Source of the DNA: Desulfurivibrio alkaliphilus
GTDB lineage: Bacteria > Desulfobacterota > Desulfobulbia > Desulfobulbales > Desulfurivibrionaceae
Reading direction: 5' to 3'
NCBI GenBank assembly: GCA_011048585.1
Contig: DSDS01000011.1
Span: 1-32,820 of the forward strand
DNA length: 32,820 bases
Part shown: positions 1 to 8,107 of the stretch, in pieces
How positions within the stretch are numbered: position 1 is the first letter of the stretch
Layout of the letters: every line of letters starts with the position of its first letter
Position numbers and translations under genes: made by a program
Notes under the pieces: generated by a model
The model's input: only the letters and a program-made list of their open reading frames with translations
What the model was told of the DNA's origin: nothing
Databases searched by the model: none

Positions 1-417
1 CGACGGGAAAACGCCGGCGAACCCAACCGGAGCGAAAATACCATTTTGGTGGTCAGCGACCGGGTCCGCCACTGCGAAGAACTGGCGGAGCTGCTCAAGG
101 AATTGGGAGTGACCGCCCGGGTGCTGACCGGCGCCACCCCGGCCGAGGAGCGGACCGAGTTGGTCAAAGCCCTGCAGCGGGGGGAGGTCCGGGTACTGAT
201 CTCCACCGTCCAACTGATCGGCGAGGGATTTGACTGCCCCGGCCTGGACAGTCTCTTTCTGACCACCCCCATCAAGTTCAGCGGCCGCCTGCTGCAGGTG
301 GTGGGCCGCATCCTGCGCCCCGCCGCCGGCAAGCGACCCAGGGTTTACGATTATGTCGATCCGGTGGGGGTATTGACCCACTCGGCCCGTTCCCGGGCTT
401 TAGCCCTTAACTGTTGA
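1..417 (+). CDS. Superfamily II helicase (DEAD/DEAH, type III Res-like), C-terminal part; 5' end lies outside the window
   Basis: Frame is open from base 1. Helicase_C motifs: ILVVSDRVRH, LIGEGFDCPGLD (motif V), QVVGRILR (motif VI), VYDYVD. Confidence 0.85.
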   Translation, partial: RRENAGEPNRSENTILVVSDRVRHCEELAELLKELGVTARVLTGATPAEERTELVKALQRGEVRVLISTVQLIGEGFDCPGLDSLFLTTPIKFSGRLLQVVGRILRPAAGKRPRVYDYVDPVGVLTHSARSRALALNC

Positions 418-517
418 GCATTGAGCAACGAAGAGCCTCGGGATACGGCAACCGTCAACGCCGGAGAGAGCCGGGGGGCGGGGTGTGGTGAAGGTCGGTT
501 TTTGACCGCGGGAGGGA

Positions 518-553
518 TAAAAAAAGGGCTCCGGAGAGAGAACCCCGGAGCCC
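518..553 (-). terminator. Intrinsic terminator downstream of the M23-bactofilin genes
   Basis: GGGCTCCGG (526-534) / CCGGAGCCC (545-553) inverted repeat next to an A run (~519-525), which is a U tract on the minus strand. Confidence 0.7.
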
Positions 554-583
554 GGAAAAGCGCTCTTGCCGGACCGAAAAAAA

Positions 584-1150
584 TCAACCGGTAGCGGCGG
601 CCTGCTTGCGGGAGGTCTCGGTCGGGGCCGGGGTGGAAGAGGCCGGCGGCGAAGCCGGACTGGTGGCGGAAGAAGCCGGGCCGGAACCTTTTTTAGCCGT
701 GGAGGCCGCGTGGGCCGCCGCCTCCTGCACCTGGGCGTCCCACTCCTCCTTGGGAATGGAGGAGCCGGGCACCAGGCGCAGCTCCTTGCTGCGAGACTTG
801 ATCTCGCCGCTCAAGGCGGCGCCGGATTCCACCTCTAGATCGGTGGCCTCAACCTTGCCGTTGATCACCCCCTTGTGGGAGATCTGAAACTTTTTGACAT
901 TGACATTGCCTTCCACCCGCCCGGAGCAAACAAAGGTATTAACCAGGATATCGCCAACCACCACCCCGGCTTCGCCCAGGATCAGATAATCTCCCCGGAC
1001 ATCGCCCTTGATCCGGCCATCCAACCGCAGTTTGCCCTTGAAGGAGACATCCCCGACCAGCTCCATATCCTGGCCGATCAGGCTAGTCACCGCCACATCC
1101 GCACCTTCCCCCTTATCTTTTCTCCAGAAAGCCATCTCCCTTTCACCCAC
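584..1150 (-). CDS. Bactofilin (polymer-forming cytoskeletal protein, CcmA/BacA family); ATG at 1135 is an alternative start
   Basis: TSLIGQDMELVGDVSFKGKLRLDGRIKGDV beta-helix repeats ending in LEVESGAALSGEI. N-terminal FWRK peptide and low-complexity Ala/Ser/Pro tail. Confidence 0.92.
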   Translation of the reverse strand: MGEREMAFWRKDKGEGADVAVTSLIGQDMELVGDVSFKGKLRLDGRIKGDVRGDYLILGEAGVVVGDILVNTFVCSGRVEGNVNVKKFQISHKGVINGKVEATDLEVESGAALSGEIKSRSKELRLVPGSSIPKEEWDAQVQEAAAHAASTAKKGSGPASSATSPASPPASSTPAPTETSRKQAAATG

Positions 1151-1204
1151 GTTTATTTAATAAGCTTGGAGAGCAAAATCCGTGCAACTCCCGGGGGGCG
1201 GACC

Positions 1205-2107
1205 CTACCGGACTTCCTGGCCGCGAACCGCCCCGCCGCGGGCCGGAACATCTCCGGCCACTATCGAGGCCACCTGCACAAAACGGTAAGGATCGATGGC
1301 CTTGCCGTTGTAAAGGATGGTGTAGTGAAGATGGGGGCCGGTGCTGCGGCCGGTATTGCCCAGCAAGGCTATCTCCTGGCCCCGCACGACCTTCTCGCCG
1401 GCCTTGACCAGACTGCGTTGCAGGTGGAGATAACGGGTCTGAAAGCCGTTGCCGTGGTCGATCTCCAGGTAGTTGCCGTTACCCCGGGTATAGCTACTGG
1501 TGGTTACCGTGCCCGGGGCCGGAGCGACGATCCGGGTGCCGACCCGGTTGTGGATATCCAGGCCGTCGTGCATGGCCGGCCGGCCGTGAAAAGGATCGGC
1601 CCGGCGGCCAAAGGGAGAGGTCAGGGTGCCGGGAACCGGAGTCCCCAAGGGGACCGACTGAATAAAATCGAGGTAGTGATCGACCTTGAAGGTCAAATCA
1701 CCGTAAAATTCGTCGGCCAGGCCGATGTAGGGACCACCGGCATTGCTGCGGCCATCGCCCGTTTCCAGCTCGATCCCCACCGCGCTGAGGATCGACTCGA
1801 TCACTTCGCTGCGCTGGCGCAACTCCTCCATGGCGGTATCAAGCATAACCCGCTGCTCCTCCTCCTGATCGGCAGCCCGGGCCAGCATCTGGTGATGCTT
1901 TTCCTTTACCGCGGCCAGCTCATACTTGACCGCCGCGTTTTGGGCCCGCAAAGTCACATTCTCCACCGATGCCCGCCACCCCACCGCACTGGCCAGCAGC
2001 AGGGCCACCGTCGCGCAGGCCAGGGCCATCAGGCACCGCTTCCGGACCGACAGCGCTCGGGTCTTTCCCCTTTCGCTGGTTACTAAAAAGTGAAGTTTTG
2101 CACCCAT
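1205..2107 (-). CDS. M23 family metallo-endopeptidase with N-terminal TM helix and coiled coil
   Basis: HDGLD (HxxxD), YLHL, GNTGRSTGPHLHY (HxH). Hydrophobic helix at residues ~26-45. Confidence 0.93.
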   Translation of the reverse strand: MGAKLHFLVTSERGKTRALSVRKRCLMALACATVALLLASAVGWRASVENVTLRAQNAAVKYELAAVKEKHHQMLARAADQEEEQRVMLDTAMEELRQRSEVIESILSAVGIELETGDGRSNAGGPYIGLADEFYGDLTFKVDHYLDFIQSVPLGTPVPGTLTSPFGRRADPFHGRPAMHDGLDIHNRVGTRIVAPAPGTVTTSSYTRGNGNYLEIDHGNGFQTRYLHLQRSLVKAGEKVVRGQEIALLGNTGRSTGPHLHYTILYNGKAIDPYRFVQVASIVAGDVPARGGAVRGQEVR

Positions 2108-2320
2108 GCAATCCCCCGATTTTGATTTGATAATTGCGTGAGTATCATAACAGTATCAAATCACCCGAGCCATAAAAAAAGAGAAAAAAGCCCGGCTCCC
2201 ACTTTCCGTTAGCACGTTTTTCCATTATGATAAACATAAGCTGAAAAAATGCTGCCGTGCCCCCAAGGTCACGCCCCACCCCTTCCCGCCGCGGAGTCAA
2301 CCGGAAGCGACCGACCAGCG

Positions 2321-2773
2321 ATGAAAAAAAAGAGCAACCGACCCGGCCGCGGCTTTGCCGCCGTGGTCGAAAACTATCTTCACGACCAGGCCATGGCCCG
2401 GGCCGCGGCCGCCGACCTTCACGACCGCCCCTCCCTGGCCGCCATACTCAGGAGCTTCCCGCCGCCCCAGGAGGAACTGGATCTCCATGGCCTGACCTCC
2501 GGGGAGGCGGAAAAAGCGATTCGCCGCTTCGTCTTACGCTGTCGGGAAATTCGGCTGACCACCCTGCGGATCATCACCGGCAGGGGTTTGCACTCCCCCG
2601 GCCAGCCAGTCCTGCCGGGGGTGGCCGAGGCCACCCTGGAGGAGCTGAAAAGAAAGCGGCTGGTGCTGGCGTTTCATTGGGAGAAAAAGAAGCGGGGCCG
2701 GGAAAGCGGAGCTATAATAGCCTATCTATCGCGCGGCCATGAAACACCAAATTCAAGGGGCAAAACGCCATGA
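2321..2773 (+). CDS. Stand-alone Smr domain protein
   Basis: PQEELDLHGLT...LRIITGRGLHS...ESGAIIAYL Smr signature. ATG 2321 is preferred over 2249, whose extension is low-complexity. Confidence 0.88.
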   Translation: MKKKSNRPGRGFAAVVENYLHDQAMARAAAADLHDRPSLAAILRSFPPPQEELDLHGLTSGEAEKAIRRFVLRCREIRLTTLRIITGRGLHSPGQPVLPGVAEATLEELKRKRLVLAFHWEKKKRGRESGAIIAYLSRGHETPNSRGKTP

Positions 2774-2985
2774 CCACTGCAACTGTTACCTTTTTCACCC
2801 CCTATCCATTTAAGTTGGGAGAAAAGATCCGTATCACCACCGGGCCCCGCCGGGGCGACTGGGAAGTGGTGGACCTGGATGAACAAAAAGTCACCCTGCG
2901 GTGTCCAGTTTCCCAGCGCCTGGTTACCTGGGACCACTTTCTGCACCTGAGCGAAACCAAAGATAACTGCCCCTGGCCGGCCTGA
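2770..2985 (+). CDS. Small hypothetical protein (71 aa) with a KOW/SH3-like motif
   Basis: ATGA overlap with the Smr stop codon. FKLGEKIRITTGPRRGDWEVVD resembles a KOW motif. Fills the gap before the ATPase. Confidence 0.7.
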   Translation: MTTATVTFFTPYPFKLGEKIRITTGPRRGDWEVVDLDEQKVTLRCPVSQRLVTWDHFLHLSETKDNCPWPA

Positions 2986-3015
2986 ACGGTCACCCCCTCC
3001 AAGGAGAGAATTCAG

Positions 3016-5778
3016 ATGTCCGCCCGAGATTCAGCCACCCCCCAACATTCCCCAGCGCAGACCACCTGGTACGCGCTAACTGCGGAACAAGCCACCGAGC
3101 AACTGAAGGTTGACCCGACCAGCGGCCTGAACGGCGCGGAATGGCAACGGCGGCGGGAACTCTACGGGGCCAATATCCTGACCCCGCCCCGCAAAAAGGG
3201 GCCGCTGCTGCGCTTCCTTCTCCAGTTCCACAATGTCCTGATCTACGTGCTGCTGGGCGCGGCGGTGGTGACCATGCTGATGCGCCACTGGTTGGATGCC
3301 GGAGTGATCTTCGGGGTGGTGGTGGTCAACGCCCTGATCGGCTTCATCCAGGAGGGCAAAGCGGAGAGAGCCTTGGAGGCGATTCGCAACATGCTCTCCC
3401 AGCAGGCCATGGTCCTGCGGGAGGGCAAGCGGGCTCTGATCCCCGCCGAGGAACTGGTGCCCGGCGATATCGTTTTCCTGCAATCGGGCGACAGGGTGCC
3501 AGCCGACCTGCGGCTGCTTAAAGCGAAGGAGCTGCGGATCGACGAGGCCTCCCTGACCGGCGAATCGGTCCCCAGCGAGAAAGCCAGCGCTCCGGTGGCC
3601 GCCGAGGCCGCCATCGGCGACCGCAACTCCATGGCCTACTCCGGCACCCTGGTCACCTACGGCCAGGGGACCGGGGTGGTGACCACCACCGGCGACGAGA
3701 CCGAGCTGGGCCGGATCAACAGAATGTTGGCCGAGGTCCCGCCGCTGACCACCCGCCTACTTGTCCAGATGGCTTATTTCGGTCGCAAACTCACCGTGGC
3801 CATCTTTACCCTGGCCGCGATCACCTTTGCCTTTGGCTATCTACTGAAGGGCTTCGGGGCCGACGAGATGTTTCTGGCCACGGTGGGCCTGGCGGTGGCC
3901 GCCATTCCCGAGGGCCTGCCGGCGATCATCACCATCACCCTGGCCTTGGGGGTACAGGCCATGGCAGGGCGCAACGCCATCGTCCGGCGGTTGCCGGCAG
4001 TGGAAACCCTGGGCTCGGTCACCGTTATCTGCTCCGACAAAACCGGCACCCTGACTAAAAACGAGATGACCGTCCAGGAGGTGGTAACCACCCGCCAAGG
4101 CTTCACGGTGTCCGGAATCGGCTACGCCCCCCGCGGGGTGTTCAGCCTGGAGGGAAATGGTGAGGGCGAGGATATCAATCCCCACGATTTTCCCGCCCTG
4201 GCCGAGATCTGCCGGGCGGCCGTGCTCTGCAACGATTCCGCGATTGTGCCCGCCGACGACGACCAGTGGCAGGCCAACGGCGACCCCACCGAAGCGGCCC
4301 TGCTGACCATGGCGATGAAAGCGGGCCTGGAGATTGAAACCCTGCGCACCCAATACCCCCGCGCCGACCTGATTCCCTTCGAATCGGAACACAAATTCAT
4401 GGCCACCCTCCACCATGATCACCGTGGTCGGGCCATGATCTACCTCAAAGGAGCCCCCGAGGTGGTACTGAGCATGTGCGCCGGACAGTGGCAGGAGGGG
4501 GAGCTCCGGGAATTGGATCGGGCCTTCTGGGAAGAACAGATGGAGAAGATTGCCGGGCGAGGCCAGCGTCTCCTGGCCCTGGCGGTCAAAAATCCCGATG
4601 GGGGACAGCAAGAGCTTAATTTTGCCGATGTCAAGGAAGGGATGACCCTGCTGGGTCTGGTGGGCATCATCGACCCGCCCCGGGAGGAGGCGATTACTGC
4701 GGTCAGCCAGTGCCGCGCGGCCGGCATCCGGGTCAAGATGATCACCGGCGATCACGCCGTCACCGCCCGGGCCATTGCCAGCCGCATGGGGTTTGCCGCC
4801 ACCGAGCAGGCGGTTACAGGCCAGGAGATCGAGGGGATGGACGATGCCACCCTGCGGCGCCAGGCCCTGGCCGTCGATGTTTTTGCCCGAGTCAGCCCGG
4901 AACACAAGCTGCGCCTGGTGCGCCTGCTCCAGGAGTCCGGCGAGGTGGTGGCGATGACCGGCGACGGAGTCAACGACGCCCCGGCCCTCAAACAGGCCGA
5001 TGTCGGGGTGGCCATGGGGATCAAGGGCACCGAGGTGGCCAAGGAGGCGGCGGAGATCGTGCTGACCGACGACAATTTCGCCTCCATCGCCCATGCGGTA
5101 CGGGAGGGGCGGACCGTTTACAACAATATCCGCAAGTCGATCACCTTCATCCTGCCCACCAACGGGGGCCAGGCCGGGGTGATCATCGCCGCCGTAATGG
5201 CCGGCCAGATCCTGCCCATCACCCCGGTACAAATTCTCTGGGTCAACATGATCACCGCCGTCACCCTGGCCCTGACCCTGGCCTTTGAACCCGCCGAACC
5301 GGACGTGATGGAACAACCACCCCGCGACCCCCGGGAGGGGATTTTAAACGGCTTTTTGATCTGGCGGGTATTTTTTGTTTCCCTGATCATGGTGGCGGGA
5401 GTGTTCAACTTTTTCGTCTGGAAGGTGGAGCAGGGAGTAGAGATCGAGGTGGCCCGGACCACGGCGGTCAATACCCTGATCCTCTTCCAGATCTACTATC
5501 TTTTCAACTCCCGCTCGCTGCACCATCGGATCGACAGCCTGAAACTGTTCCACCAGAACCGTTACGTGCTGATCGCCATCGGGGCGGTTATCTTCCTTCA
5601 GGCCCTCTTCACCTACGCCCCCTTCATGCATCGCCTCTTCGGCACCGCCCCGGTCGCCGCCGGCGACTGGCCGCTGATGATCCTGGCCACCGCCAGCGTC
5701 TTCTTCCTGGTGGAGGGGGAAAAATGGCTGCTGCTCCGCTGGCGGGCCCGCAGGGAACGCCAGCGGCCCAAATCTTAG
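3016..5778 (+). CDS. Cation-transporting P-type ATPase (type II-like)
   Basis: TGES, VAAIPEGL, DKTGTLT phosphorylation motif, KGAPE, MITGDH, TGDGVNDAPAL. About 10 TM helices. RBS AAGGAG upstream. Confidence 0.96.
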   Translation: MSARDSATPQHSPAQTTWYALTAEQATEQLKVDPTSGLNGAEWQRRRELYGANILTPPRKKGPLLRFLLQFHNVLIYVLLGAAVVTMLMRHWLDAGVIFGVVVVNALIGFIQEGKAERALEAIRNMLSQQAMVLREGKRALIPAEELVPGDIVFLQSGDRVPADLRLLKAKELRIDEASLTGESVPSEKASAPVAAEAAIGDRNSMAYSGTLVTYGQGTGVVTTTGDETELGRINRMLAEVPPLTTRLLVQMAYFGRKLTVAIFTLAAITFAFGYLLKGFGADEMFLATVGLAVAAIPEGLPAIITITLALGVQAMAGRNAIVRRLPAVETLGSVTVICSDKTGTLTKNEMTVQEVVTTRQGFTVSGIGYAPRGVFSLEGNGEGEDINPHDFPALAEICRAAVLCNDSAIVPADDDQWQANGDPTEAALLTMAMKAGLEIETLRTQYPRADLIPFESEHKFMATLHHDHRGRAMIYLKGAPEVVLSMCAGQWQEGELRELDRAFWEEQMEKIAGRGQRLLALAVKNPDGGQQELNFADVKEGMTLLGLVGIIDPPREEAITAVSQCRAAGIRVKMITGDHAVTARAIASRMGFAATEQAVTGQEIEGMDDATLRRQALAVDVFARVSPEHKLRLVRLLQESGEVVAMTGDGVNDAPALKQADVGVAMGIKGTEVAKEAAEIVLTDDNFASIAHAVREGRTVYNNIRKSITFILPTNGGQAGVIIAAVMAGQILPITPVQILWVNMITAVTLALTLAFEPAEPDVMEQPPRDPREGILNGFLIWRVFFVSLIMVAGVFNFFVWKVEQGVEIEVARTTAVNTLILFQIYYLFNSRSLHHRIDSLKLFHQNRYVLIAIGAVIFLQALFTYAPFMHRLFGTAPVAAGDWPLMILATASVFFLVEGEKWLLLRWRARRERQRPKS

Positions 5779-5798
5779 GCGGCCCGGGGAAGCTCTCC

Positions 5799-5837
5799 GG
5801 GGTTATCCCAACTCCCGGGCAGCGGGGGGATAACCCC
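5799..5837. repeat. 11-bp perfect inverted repeat (hairpin) after the ATPase; possible terminator
   Basis: GGGGTTATCCC (5799-5809) / GGGATAACCCC (5827-5837). No U tract. Confidence 0.5.
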
Positions 5838-5854
5838 AGGCCCGACGGGCATCG

Positions 5855-6245
5855 TCACAGCGCGGTCTGAAATAGCGGGCAGGCGAGTTGCTGGATCTGG
5901 TCAACCAGGAGGGCCAGCATCCTGCTCAAAGAGCGAGGGGTGGCCGCTGGGCTTGATACCCACCCCGTACACCCCGTGCGGGTTATCGGGCTCCTTAGGG
6001 CTCCTCGAAGGCCAGCAGCGAGGGATGCTTGAGGGAGAAGACCGCAAAACCGCTCATCAGGGCATCGGCCAGCGGTATCCGACGGGCCATGCCAAGCAGA
6101 AAAAACCCCTCGGCGTAAATTTATTTTATTGAAATATCGGTATAATTGTGGCTGCAATCCTAACATTTTGGGCTTGGAGTCTGCGCAACGGCGTTTTCAA
6201 AAACTACGACAATTTAAAAGGTTGGGTGCATGCCGGGAATTGCTG
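5855..6245 (-). mobile_element. Internally deleted, frameshifted IS remnant (ISNCY-like DDE transposase fragments)
   Basis: Minus strand 6090-5995 reads MARRIPLADALMSGFAVFSLKHPSLLAFEEP*. A shifted frame continues KEPDNPHGVYGVGIKPS. 5920-5855 reads MLALLVDQIQQLACPLFQTAL*. I recall these as N- and C-terminal motifs of one transposase family. Putative terminus CAGCAATTCCCG at 6245-6234. Confidence 0.7.
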
Positions 6246-6471
6246 GGTCCGAGTGGATAAAATGCGGGAATCGGAACTGGTCACCTTGCGCCGCAGCAAG
6301 ATCGGTTTTATATTCCAGCAGTTCTATCTGATTCCGGGTTTGAGCGTGCTGGACAACATTGCCCTGCCCCTGCTCTTCAGCAAAACCCGAGTGGAGAAGG
6401 AGAGGATCGAGGAGCTGGCCGGACAGACCAGCCGCACCATCCATATCAAGGATGGGGTCATTATCGAATAG
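6246..6471 (+). pseudogene. Fragment of a LolD/MacB-type ABC transporter ATP-binding gene
   Basis: VDKMRESELVTLRRSKIGFIFQQFYLIPGLSVLDNIALPL (Q-loop region) is joined directly to the C-terminal ELAGQTSRTIHIKDG. Walker A, LSGGQ, Walker B and the H-loop are absent. Confidence 0.8.
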
Positions 6472-6522
6472 CGTTTTTTCACCTTATTACAGTAACCAAA
6501 TAGATGTCTGGAGGAAGCAGGG

Positions 6523-7407
6523 ATGTTCAAGCGAGTAGGACTTTTCATTCTCACCAACCTGGCAATTGTGCTGGTCCTCAGTATCGTTCTCAGTCTACTG
6601 GGGGTGGGCTCGATCCTGGAGGAGTCAGGCGTCGGGCTCGACATGCGCAGCCTGATTATCTTCGCCGCCGTCTTCGGCTTCGGCGGCTCGTTTATCTCGC
6701 TGGCTATCTCCAAGTGGACCGCCAAAAGACTAACCGGAGCCAAGGTGATCACCACTCCCCGCAACGAAACCGAGGTCTGGCTGGTGGAAACGGTGCGCCA
6801 GCAGGCCCGCACCGCCGGAATCGGCATGCCGGAAGTGGCGATCTATGATGCCCCCGATGTCAACGCCTTTGCCACCGGAGCCCGTAAGAACAGCGCCTTG
6901 GTGGCGGTGAGCACCGGGCTGCTGCGCTCGATGAGCCGGGATGAGGCGGAAGCGGTACTGGCCCACGAGGTCAGCCATGTGGCCAATGGCGACATGATCA
7001 CCCTGGCTCTGATCCAGGGGGTGGTCAACACCTTTGTCATCGTGGCCTCGCGGGTGGTGGGCCACTTTATCGACCGGGTGGTCTTCAAAACCGAACAGGG
7101 CCATGGTCCGGCCTTCTACATCACCTCGATCATCGCCCAGTTGGTCTTCGGAATCCTTGCCAGCACCATTGTCTTCTATTTCAGCCGCCGGCGTGAATTT
7201 CGCGCCGATGCCGGCGGAGCCTATCTGGCCGGCCGGGAGAAGATGGTGGCCGCCCTGGAAAAGCTGCGCCGCAGTGTCGCCCAACCCCATCTACCGGACC
7301 AGATGGCCGCCTTCGGCATCTCCGGCGGGGTTGGCCAGGGGATCAAGCGGCTGTTTATGACCCACCCTCCCCTTGAGGAGCGGATCGCCGCCCTGAAGAG
7401 GGGTTGA
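6523..7407 (+). CDS. htpX: Membrane zinc metalloprotease HtpX
   Basis: [14 protein letters not shown] start, NAFATGA, HEVSH (HExxH), [28 protein letters not shown]. Confidence 0.96.
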   Translation: MFKRVGLFILTNLAIVLVLSIVLSLLGVGSILEESGVGLDMRSLIIFAAVFGFGGSFISLAISKWTAKRLTGAKVITTPRNETEVWLVETVRQQARTAGIGMPEVAIYDAPDVNAFATGARKNSALVAVSTGLLRSMSRDEAEAVLAHEVSHVANGDMITLALIQGVVNTFVIVASRVVGHFIDRVVFKTEQGHGPAFYITSIIAQLVFGILASTIVFYFSRRREFRADAGGAYLAGREKMVAALEKLRRSVAQPHLPDQMAAFGISGGVGQGIKRLFMTHPPLEERIAALKRG

Positions 7408-7410
7408 TTC

Positions 7411-7605
7411 CTAAGGTGGCGGCGGCCCCTCCCCCGGGGGGCGGCCGCCGCACCCCTGCCCTTGGCTGTCACCGCAGGAGCACTTCCCCTCCGCGCCACA
7501 GGCGGCGCCACAGGAACACCCCCCCTTCCGCCCCAGCAGAACCCGCCACAGGTAATACCCCGCCCAACCCAGCACCACCGCAATAATCAGATATTCCCAG
7601 ATCAT
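7411..7605 (-). CDS. FeoB-associated Cys-rich small membrane protein
   Basis: Single TM helix followed by KGGCSCGAACG...CSCG...C. RBS AAGGAG. Adjacent to feoAB. Confidence 0.75.
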   Translation of the reverse strand: MIWEYLIIAVVLGWAGYYLWRVLLGRKGGCSCGAACGAEGKCSCGDSQGQGCGGRPPGEGPPPP

Positions 7606-7694
7606 AGCTTCGCTCCTTTACCCGGTAACACTGTACCCTCTTGATCGCCGACCCGACCGGGCGACCGCTTTTTCTATTAACAACCCGCTCTGTT

Positions 7695-7708
7695 TTAGTC
7701 TAGCCTGA
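7695..7708. promoter_or_regulatory. Putative DtxR/IdeR/MntR-family operator
   Basis: TTAGTCTAGCCTGA matches the palindrome TTAGGCTAGCCTAA at 12/14 positions. It lies between divergent iron-uptake genes. Confidence 0.45.
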
Positions 7709-7734
7709 TTTTATTTCAAAATCTTCAAAAATTG

Positions 7735-7763
7735 TTGACGGCAAAACTAAGAGCCGTTATAGA
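7735..7763 (+). promoter_or_regulatory. Sigma70-type promoter for feoAB
   Basis: TTGACG-17 bp-TATAGA. Confidence 0.6.
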
Positions 7764-7861
7764 GGCAGGCCAGCAGAGAAATGTAATTACCCCCCATAAT
7801 AAGGTAAAAAGTTCCGCGGGTCCCATAAACGGGAACCTGCCGAGGGTAAAGGAGGTTTGTG

Positions 7862-8107
7862 ATGGCGAGAGTTGTTTTGCGCCGGATGGCCAAAAATCAA
7901 AGAGGCGTGATTGCGGTGGTAAAGGTTGGCGGAGAACTGGGCCAACGGATTCGGGAGATGGGCCTGGTTCCCGGCACCCGGATCACGGTGCAGGGCCGGG
8001 CGCCGCTCAATGATCCGGTGGCCCTGCGGGTCATGGGCGGCACCCTGACCCTGCGCAACAACGAAGCGGATTACATCGAGGTCGAAATCCAGGAGGAGCA
8101 GCGATGA
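7862..8107 (+). CDS. feoA: Ferrous iron transport protein A
   Basis: RIREMGLVPGTRITVQGRAPLNDPVALRV...LTLRNNEA. RBS AAGGAGG. GTG at 7859 is an alternative start. Confidence 0.93.
   Translation: MARVVLRRMAKNQRGVIAVVKVGGELGQRIREMGLVPGTRITVQGRAPLNDPVALRVMGGTLTLRNNEADYIEVEIQEEQR

Noticed and set aside
5809-5823. CAACTCCCGGGCAGC as the second IS terminal repeat
   Set aside because: Only a loose match to CAATTCCCGGCATGC, it lacks the terminal CAG, and no target-site duplication is visible.
6148-6245. AAILTFWAWSLRNGVFKN resembles cbb3 assembly protein CcoS
   Set aside because: No full TM helix, RBS or cco context. It falls inside the inferred IS terminal region, so the resemblance is probably chance.
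7764-7850. Metal-sensing riboswitch (yybP-ykoY or NiCo) or Fur box in the feoA leader
   Set aside because: Only short stems are present. I could not find the conserved riboswitch nucleotides or a convincing Fur palindrome; an Infernal scan is needed.
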